64,000 nt of DNA. Source: Desulfosoma sp. GTDB lineage: Bacteria > Desulfobacterota > Syntrophobacteria > Syntrophobacterales > DSM-9756. The stretch spans positions 79,657-143,656 of the forward strand of contig JBBFKW010000014.1 in the NCBI GenBank assembly GCA_037481835.1, read 5' to 3'. The position numbers were made by a program, and so were the translations under genes. How positions within the stretch are numbered: position 1 is the stretch's first letter; each line of letters opens with the position of its first letter. The notes under the pieces are model-generated. The model had not been told where the DNA came from. It did no database searches and saw only the letters and a program-made list of their open reading frames with translations. Positions 56,309-64,000 of this stretch are shown piece by piece.

Positions 56309-56665
56309 TGGTGGAGGCGGCGGGAATCGAACCCGCGTCCGAAAGCCTTCCGCTTAAGCTTCTACATGCTTAGCCACAGTTTTGAGTTTCGCTTCCGTGG
56401 GCCCCCTGTGAGCCGGATCCGCTGGAAGCTAGCCCTTGAATGTCTCGTCTCCTCGGCCTTGGGCGAAGCCTTGGAAACCAGCCCGGAGAGTCGACGCCCC
56501 TTTCGGCCTTACGGGCTTAGGCCGAAGGAACGGCAGCCGGCTTAAGCGGCTGCAGCGTACGCATAGTCGTCTGCGTTTGCTTTAACCCCGACCGGAATAC
56601 GGGCGGCCAGGACCCCCGGCATGCTTCTTAAGCTTCATGACCTCCGTCGAACCCTTTTCGCCCCC
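56309..56665 (-). ncRNA. ssrA: tmRNA
   Basis: 5' GGGGGCG..TTCGAC, 3' GGTTCGATTCCCGCCGCCTCCACCA; internal tag ADDYAYAAAA*; 357 nt. Confidence 0.96.
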
Positions 56666-56734
56666 GCATCTGTGGCAGGCGACTCGGGACGTGCACTGTG
56701 AGCGTTCGTGCCTGCTTCACTCATCTGCTGACAC

Positions 56735-56763
56735 TTTATAAGCCTTTCCTTTATGGGAGTCAA
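56735..56763 (-). promoter_or_regulatory. Sigma70 promoter of ssrA
   Basis: TTGACT-17nt-TATAAA on minus strand. Confidence 0.75.
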
Positions 56764-56870
56764 GGGCGCATGCGGCAATGAAAGCGTTGCCACAGGGATT
56801 TTCTTGCGGTATGTGGAGGCCTCGAAAACGAGAAAGCATGGCCGCAGGCGCATGGGCAGGAAGGGTCTCC

Positions 56871-57494
56871 ATGAACGGTTACGAAGAAATCATCCGAGGC
56901 TATTTGGACAAGGCGTGGGCCCGTTCTGAAGAAGTACTCCGCGAAGCCGCCCCAGCCGTCCCCGAAGCCCCCGGGGTGTTGGCGTTTCCCGCCTTCGGGC
57001 GTCCTTGCTCGGTCCAACGCCACGGCGTCTTCTTCGACGGCGTGTTGGATACCGGGGCAAGAGGGGTCCTGACGGCGATTTATCTTGCCGTTGTGCCCAA
57101 GTGGTCCGCGCCCCTTCATCCTCTCAAGGCTTTCAAAGAAATTCCCAACAGCGGGCCCTACCAGGCCGCTTTCGCCGTGCACGCCGAACAGTGCCTGGTG
57201 CCTCACGTGCCGAAAATTCGAGAAAATTTGGAATCCCTCCTCAGCAGCTTCTCCGGCCATCGGAATACGGACGCCCCCTCGGGGGATTTTTCCTTTACGC
57301 TGTATCCGCTTCCGAAAATCCCTCTCTACTACATCGTGCACGAAGCGGACGACGAATTTCCCGCGGCGGTGACCTGCCTTTTCGGCGGTGACTGCCCTTC
57401 CTTCATGCCCTTGGACGCCTTGGCGGACGTGGCCGAATACACAGCCCGGAGTCTCATCGGCCATGGCATGGGCCGCCATGGCGCGTTGTCATAA
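56871..57494 (+). CDS. DUF3786-like protein
   Basis: AFKEIPNSGPYQAAF, FTLYPLPKIPL..ADDEFPA..LF. Confidence 0.75.
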   Translation: MNGYEEIIRGYLDKAWARSEEVLREAAPAVPEAPGVLAFPAFGRPCSVQRHGVFFDGVLDTGARGVLTAIYLAVVPKWSAPLHPLKAFKEIPNSGPYQAAFAVHAEQCLVPHVPKIRENLESLLSSFSGHRNTDAPSGDFSFTLYPLPKIPLYYIVHEADDEFPAAVTCLFGGDCPSFMPLDALADVAEYTARSLIGHGMGRHGALS

Positions 57495-57697
57495 AATCTC
57501 TCCGGCGGCCGATTGGATAGGCGGGCGCGATGACGGTCGGCGGGAAGCCGGCACAGCCGCCGCCCCTCGCGCTGGTTGACAGGGCATGGCGCATTTGCTA
57601 GGCAGGAGCGGGGTGCGGCTGGAGAGGGCCGGGGAAGGCGGCTCCGGCGTGAGCATCCGTCCTCGAGAGAGCGGCTTTTCGGAAAGGGCAGGCGGAC

Positions 57698-58246
57698 ATG
57701 ACACGACGAGAATTTTTGAAAGGCATCGTCGGGGCGGGGTTCGGTTCGGGGATCGCCCTTTTGGCCGGCAACGACGCATTGGCGGCGCCGTACGCCAGGG
57801 TCTGTTCCGGTATCCTGAGTTTCTACAACCTCCACACCGATGAGGCGCTCACCGTGCGCTACATCGGCCGAAACGGACGATTCGACCTTCGAGCCCTACG
57901 GCGCCTGGATTATCTTTTCCGGTGCCATTTCACCAATACCATGCGCCCCGTGGATCGGCACCTTTACATTCTCCTCGATGCCGTGCGCCAGCGGCTTCGA
58001 GCCGCCGGCCGACCTTATCTTTTGGTTTCCGGGTACCGCTCCCCTGTCTACAACGAATATCTTCGCCAGCAAGGGTTTTCCGTGGCCGAAAAGAGTTACC
58101 ACATGAAAGCCATGGCGGCGGATGTGATCATCGAAGGGGTTCCCTTGGACGCCCTGAGGAATGCCGCCGCCGCCTTCAAAGCCGGCGGGGTCGGCTCCTA
58201 CAGCGACTTCATCCACCTTGATGTGGGTCCTGTGCGCTACTGGTAG
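57698..58246 (+). CDS. YcbK/MepK-family (DUF882) peptidase M15
   Basis: Tat-like TRREFL; LYNLHT-like SFYNLHT, SGYRSP, SYHMKAMAAD, FIHLDVGPVRYW. Confidence 0.9.
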   Translation: MTRREFLKGIVGAGFGSGIALLAGNDALAAPYARVCSGILSFYNLHTDEALTVRYIGRNGRFDLRALRRLDYLFRCHFTNTMRPVDRHLYILLDAVRQRLRAAGRPYLLVSGYRSPVYNEYLRQQGFSVAEKSYHMKAMAADVIIEGVPLDALRNAAAAFKAGGVGSYSDFIHLDVGPVRYW

Positions 58247-59954
58247 TTTCCGCCGCGAACTTTTCCAGTTTCAAAGCCCCCACAAGCAGCTTGTCCCGCT
58301 CATAAATGTCCTGCCGGAAATGGACCGTGCCGTCCTCGCTCGCCCATGCCGTGATGTAGAGCAGGTGCACCGTGCACGGCTTCACCAGAGGGATCATGTG
58401 GTGCTTGCCGCCGGCGATGAGCTTTTCCAGGGACTCCCGGGTCCACTTGGGGTCGTCTTGCAGGACGAACAAGGCCAGATCCAAGGGCTTTTCCAGCCGA
58501 ATGCATCCATGGCTCAGGGCCCGGTGCGGCCTTTGAAACAGGTGCCGCTCCGGCGTGTCGTGAAGATAGACGTTAAAGCGGTTGGGGAGCACGAATTTGA
58601 TGCGGCCCAAGGCGTTCCACGGCCCGGGGATTTGGCGCAGCCGTCCGGGGAAATTATCCGCCCGCACGCTCTGCCAGTCCACGGATCCCGGGTCCAGCCT
58701 GACCGCCTTGTCCCCGGAAGCCGAAAGGATCTCGTAGTGGTGCCGTTCCAGGAAACCGGGATCCCGACGGATTTTGGGCAGCAGTTCCTGCGTGGCAATG
58801 CTTCGAGGCACGTTCCAGTAGGGGTTGAGTTCCACGAAGCGCATCTCTTCGCTGAAAACCGGGGTCGACGTGGCGCTTCCCCCCACGATGACGCGCATCT
58901 TCAAGACACTTGTGCCGTGTTCATAGGCGGTCAAGGAATAATCCGCGGTGTTGACCACCAGGTACCGGTCGCCCCAGGCGCGGGGAAGCCAGCGGCGGCG
59001 TTCCAGGTTGGCGAGCATTTGGAAGAGCCGGTCCTGAGGGGACACGTTCAGGGCTTCTATGGTTTTCGTGCCGATGACGCCGTCCGCCCCGATGCCGTGG
59101 CGTTCCTGAAAACGGCGGACGGCCTTGGCGAGTTCCTTGTCGTAGACGTCCGAGGGTTTGGACGGAGGCTGGGGATAGTCGCCGAGCCGATAGAGCTGAC
59201 GGCGCACAATGGGGACGCGCGCGTCTTTTTCCCCCGGATGGAGGCTGGGCCCTTCGGGAAGCACGGGCCAGGGACCCTGGGCGGCGATTTTGCGCTGGGC
59301 GGGCACGGCGGCCACAAGGCGCCAGTAATCCTCGTCGGGCGGAGCGAAATGGCGGACCGTGCGGCGAAGGTCTCCATGGGTGAGAAGTTCTTCGAGCCCG
59401 GTGCGCAAATCCGCCTGATGGGTATGCGCCATCCACTGGGAATCCAAGGCCGTGGGATCGACGCGGCCTGTGGACAGATGGGAAAAGAGGATAAAGAAGG
59501 CGTCGGTCAAGACCACATCCAGGCTGGCCAGAAGTGTGGGAGACGTTTCGCGCTGCCGTGAGCGCCCCTCATCGATCCCGTAAAGCAGGGCCTTGAGGCA
59601 CGAGAGGTGGTAGTCTTGCGGGTTGAGGCCGTGGTTGGGGGCCTCCTCCTGGAGGAAACGCACGAGATCCCTCGCCACGGGGGACGGCTCCCTTCCGTGG
59701 AGCCACGCCGGCGCGTAGCGGCGGTCCTGGTAGAATGGGACAAGCTCCCGTGTGGAACGGAGCCGCTCACAGGCCACAAAGAGATCGTCGTCGTCGTGGG
59801 GCTGGGAAAGAAGCTGGCGCAGGGCGGCGTCCACGGATTCTTCCTGGGCGGCCGCCGGGGCGGCGACGAGCCCGGCCATGCCCGCAGCCCACAACAGCAC
59901 CGCCAGGGCGGCATGGGCAAAAAGCGCTGGAACGAACCGAAGGAGAACAGTCAC
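58209..59954 (-). CDS. L,D-transpeptidase (YcbB/LdtD type)
   Basis: PG-binding AVRRFQERHG..DGVIG; NPYWNVP, NALGRIKF, YLHDTP, SHGCIRL. Confidence 0.93.
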   Translation of the reverse strand: MTVLLRFVPALFAHAALAVLLWAAGMAGLVAAPAAAQEESVDAALRQLLSQPHDDDDLFVACERLRSTRELVPFYQDRRYAPAWLHGREPSPVARDLVRFLQEEAPNHGLNPQDYHLSCLKALLYGIDEGRSRQRETSPTLLASLDVVLTDAFFILFSHLSTGRVDPTALDSQWMAHTHQADLRTGLEELLTHGDLRRTVRHFAPPDEDYWRLVAAVPAQRKIAAQGPWPVLPEGPSLHPGEKDARVPIVRRQLYRLGDYPQPPSKPSDVYDKELAKAVRRFQERHGIGADGVIGTKTIEALNVSPQDRLFQMLANLERRRWLPRAWGDRYLVVNTADYSLTAYEHGTSVLKMRVIVGGSATSTPVFSEEMRFVELNPYWNVPRSIATQELLPKIRRDPGFLERHHYEILSASGDKAVRLDPGSVDWQSVRADNFPGRLRQIPGPWNALGRIKFVLPNRFNVYLHDTPERHLFQRPHRALSHGCIRLEKPLDLALFVLQDDPKWTRESLEKLIAGGKHHMIPLVKPCTVHLLYITAWASEDGTVHFRQDIYERDKLLVGALKLEKFAAETTSSAQDPHQGG

Positions 59955-60177
59955 GGCAGGGAGCTCCTGTGTTCGAACGTGTTTTGGAAAAACCCGGTTG
60001 CTCGGTGCGGCCTATTTGACATATTCTCGGCGCCGCTGCCAAGGGGGAAGACGCCCCCGGGAGGAAAAAAACAGGGTGGGTCGGGGGGCAAAAAAAATAT
60101 TTCACAAAATGGCCCCCTTCTGATACAAGGGGCCGTGAGTCGAGAGCGGCGTTCCAGGAAGGGGCCGTGGCGAAGCC

Positions 60178-60402
60178 GTGAAGGATTTTAAAAAGAAGCG
60201 GGACACCGTCGAGTACCTGGCCCTGGTCACCCAGGTGGGTTTGACCATGGCGGGCAGCATCGCCTTCTGCTTCATGATCGGCCGCTACTTGGACAAGTGG
60301 CTGGGGACAAGGGGCGTTTTTCTGGTCATCTTCATCGTTTTGGGCATCATCGGCGGGGCGGTGACGGTGTACCGGCAAATCACAAGGTTGCCCAGGAAAT
60401 GA
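60178..60402 (+). CDS. AtpZ/AtpI-family (ATP synthase gene 1) protein
   Basis: GLTMAGSI..GRYLDKWLGT two-TM motif. Confidence 0.85.
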   Translation: MKDFKKKRDTVEYLALVTQVGLTMAGSIAFCFMIGRYLDKWLGTRGVFLVIFIVLGIIGGAVTVYRQITRLPRK

Positions 60403-60842
60403 GCACAACGATTCCCATGGACGGGCTGGCGGGCTATTACTCTTATCAAAGGCGTTTGGCCCGAAGCGGGTTTACGGGAGCGGTCATCCTCGGCCTCATC
60501 CTTTACGCTCTTGGCTATTCCACGATCGCCAAGGGTTTGGTTTTGGGATCGCTGTTCAGTGTTCTCAGTTTTGTCCTTATGGCTCATATCCTGCCCTACC
60601 AAGTAGGGGTTGGCGGAAAGAGAAAGACGGCCACAGGAGTCGCGTTCGTCTCGTTTGTCATTCGCTTGGGACTCATGGCTATTCCTTTGATCATTGCGGC
60701 AAAAAATCGGAATTTCAACCTATGGGCCGCCATTGCGGGCCTTTTTACGGTTCAGGCAGCCGTTTACGTGGAGCACTTCGTGGTGAGGCGATGGGCGGGG
60801 CCGAACAGGGGCAAAGTCACCGACGGTCCCCGAGCGGGATGA
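60399..60842 (+). CDS. atpI: ATP synthase protein I
   Basis: 4-TM protein GLVLGSLFS..IRL upstream of atpB; ATGA overlap. Confidence 0.75.
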   Translation: MSTTIPMDGLAGYYSYQRRLARSGFTGAVILGLILYALGYSTIAKGLVLGSLFSVLSFVLMAHILPYQVGVGGKRKTATGVAFVSFVIRLGLMAIPLIIAAKNRNFNLWAAIAGLFTVQAAVYVEHFVVRRWAGPNRGKVTDGPRAG

Positions 60843-60858
60843 TTGAGCGGGGTAGGCT

Positions 60859-61533
60859 ATGGAAGAACTGACGCGGGTATGGGAATGGACACTGGATGTG
60901 GGCGGCTACCATTTGGTGTTCAATGCGATGACCATCGTCATGACTCTGATTATCATGGCGCTTCTGATCCTTTTCGGCTTTTACGCCACACGGAAAACAG
61001 AATACGTTCCCAATCCGTGCCAGATGGTAGCGGAGATTTTCGTCCAGACCTTTTGGAACCTGACCAAGGACGCCTTGGACGAAGATATGGCAAAGAAATA
61101 CTTCCCCCTGATCTGCTCTCTGTTCATGTTCCTTCTGCTTTCCAATTGGATCGGCGTTTTGCCGCATATGAACGAGCCCACTAAGGATCTCAACACAACC
61201 TTGGGCTTGGGGATCATGGGGTTTTGCATCGCCCATTATGCCGGAATCAAGACCAAGGGTTTTTGGACCTATGCCAAAGAATACTTTCAACCGGTCTTTT
61301 TCATGATGCCGCTGAACGTCATCGGGGAACTTGCCAAGGTGATCTCCATTTCCTTTCGTCTCTACGGCAATATTATGGGGGGATCCATCATCATCTTGGT
61401 CGTCACGCATCTCGTCTACGGGCTGGTGCTTCCTCCTTTTCTTAACGGCTTCTTTGGGCTTTTTGTGGGAACGGTCCAGGCTTTCGTGTTCACCATGCTA
61501 ACCCTTGTGTATATTTCAGTGCAGGTAAAATAG
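60859..61533 (+). CDS. atpB: Fo subunit a
   Basis: PTKDLNTTL, SFRLYGNI (essential Arg), VQAFVFTML. Confidence 0.95.
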   Translation: MEELTRVWEWTLDVGGYHLVFNAMTIVMTLIIMALLILFGFYATRKTEYVPNPCQMVAEIFVQTFWNLTKDALDEDMAKKYFPLICSLFMFLLLSNWIGVLPHMNEPTKDLNTTLGLGIMGFCIAHYAGIKTKGFWTYAKEYFQPVFFMMPLNVIGELAKVISISFRLYGNIMGGSIIILVVTHLVYGLVLPPFLNGFFGLFVGTVQAFVFTMLTLVYISVQVK

Positions 61534-61534
61534 T

Positions 61535-62807
<1,273 letters not shown>

Positions 62808-62837
62808 CCTCTTTGAGGCGTCAATGACGAGTGTGCC

Positions 62838-63263
62838 ATGATCAGCCTGAATGCCACGATTTTCGTCCAGGTGAGCTTGTTTCTGGTGCTCCTGTTCATC
62901 TTGAACCGCCTGATGATCCAGCCGCTGCATCGGCTGATTCTTCAGCGGGAGGCCGCCGTTCAGGAAAAGGAAGCGGCCCTGGATCGGTTGAATGGCCAGT
63001 TGGAACAGATGGCCTTGGCCTACCAGAAAAGGCTTCGAGCCGCCGAGGCCGAGGCTCAGGCCGCGCGGGCGGCCATGAGGGCGCGGGCGGCGGATGAGGC
63101 CCACAGGGCGATGATGACCACGCAGGAAGAGGTGGTGGCCCTTCGGCAGAGGGTGCGGGCCGAGGTGGAGCAGGAACTGGTCAAGGCGCGAAAGAATCTA
63201 AAAAAAGTGGCGGAAGCCCTCTCCTACGAGATCTCCACCAAGATCGTAGGGCGAAAGGTCTAG
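62838..63263 (+). CDS. Fo subunit b'
   Basis: NATIFVQ..FLVLLFILNRL..P TM then coiled coil. Confidence 0.88.
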   Translation: MISLNATIFVQVSLFLVLLFILNRLMIQPLHRLILQREAAVQEKEAALDRLNGQLEQMALAYQKRLRAAEAEAQAARAAMRARAADEAHRAMMTTQEEVVALRQRVRAEVEQELVKARKNLKKVAEALSYEISTKIVGRKV

Positions 63264-63267
63264 GAAG

Positions 63268-63882
63268 TTGCGGAGTCCGATGATGGTGCGAGCCTGTGGG
63301 ATCGTGTGGGGCCTGACGGCGGCGGCTGTGGGATGGGCCGGGGAGGCCTTCGCCTCCTCTACGGTGTTCGGGATTGAAAGATCCCTGTGGGACTTGGCGT
63401 GGCGCTGGATCAACTTCGGCATTCTCGTCTACTTCATCCTGAAATACCTCAAAGGGCCGCTGGTGAAATTCATCAAAGACCGCCGGTCGGCCATCGCCGG
63501 GGTCTTCGATGAGCTGCGCGAGAAGGAAGAGGCCCTGAAGCGACGTCAAGAGGAACAGGATGCCCTCTTTGGCCAGCTCGATGAAAAAATCGAGAGCATC
63601 AAGGCCTACTATCATGAAATCGGCCGAGAGGAGAAGGAGAAGATCCTGGCTGATGCGGAGCGCATGCGTCGGCACATCCTGGAAGACGCCAAGATCGCCG
63701 CGGCTCGCGAATTCGAGGAGGCGAAGAAGAAACTCAGGGCCGAAGCCGTGGACATGGCCGTCGCTTTGGCCGAAGCGCGGATCCGAAAGAAACTCACCAA
63801 GAAAGATCAGCGAGAACTGCTGGAAAACTACCTTGTCCAGTTGGAGACGCTGAAAACGCACCAGGTGTCCACGGGCCCGTGA
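63268..63882 (+). CDS. atpF: Fo subunit b
   Basis: WRWINFGILVYF..P..R..I then coiled coil; exact start uncertain. Confidence 0.88.
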   Translation: MRSPMMVRACGIVWGLTAAAVGWAGEAFASSTVFGIERSLWDLAWRWINFGILVYFILKYLKGPLVKFIKDRRSAIAGVFDELREKEEALKRRQEEQDALFGQLDEKIESIKAYYHEIGREEKEKILADAERMRRHILEDAKIAAAREFEEAKKKLRAEAVDMAVALAEARIRKKLTKKDQRELLENYLVQLETLKTHQVSTGP

Positions 63883-63924
63883 AAAGTGGCGGTTCCGGGG
63901 ACAAGGTTCCATGAAAACGAGACG

Positions 63925-63956
63925 AAGGGCGCCGATTTCGGGCGCCCTTTTTGTTT
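63925..63956 (+). terminator. Intrinsic terminator after atpF
   Basis: aagggcgcc-gatttcg-ggcgccctt followed by T-tract. Confidence 0.75.
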
Positions 63957-64000
63957 GCCCGGCAAAGCCGGTAACCCGTCCGCTTGAAAGAGAGCGGAGA

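Noticed and set aside
55990..56320. Island inserted at tmRNA 3' end
   Set aside because: Downstream genes are small redox/housekeeping ORFs; no integrase or att repeat seen
58209..58246. 38-bp convergent overlap of ycbK-like and L,D-transpeptidase genes as a novel feature
   Set aside because: Short 3' overlaps are common and the two families are known neighbours
60090..60109. Rex operator upstream of atp genes
   Set aside because: Only the TTCACAA half-site matches

Overview
GC-rich bacterial chromosome segment. Gene content and the tmRNA tag (ADDYAYAAAA) suggest a Desulfobacterota/Syntrophobacterales-type anaerobe (inference). Left to right: partial class II photolyase; TRAP transporter; a 78-bp tandem array with REP-like repeats; TetR plus an atypical CooS (CODH-like); a stand-alone IF-2 C-terminal-domain protein; octaheme Hao-like cytochrome plus NapC/NirT; pqiAABC; lplA; and a sigma54/AcoR-controlled acetoin dehydrogenase cluster lacking E3. 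Next is a ~15-kb accessory tract (29.4-44.5 kb) whose intact genes are all on the + strand. It carries a decayed hicBA module, a methyltransferase plus MazG-like/PLD/SF2-helicase fusion (candidate defence system) and degenerate attC-like sites. Then come tRNA-Arg, surE, a four-subunit 2-oxoacid:ferredoxin oxidoreductase, glycerate kinase/pyk, tRNA-Ala, a rubredoxin/flavodoxin cluster, tmRNA, a YcbK/L,D-transpeptidase pair, and an Fo gene cluster encoding both a normal Na+-type c subunit and a four-hairpin fused c subunit. Family calls are by motif recognition only; no searches were run.
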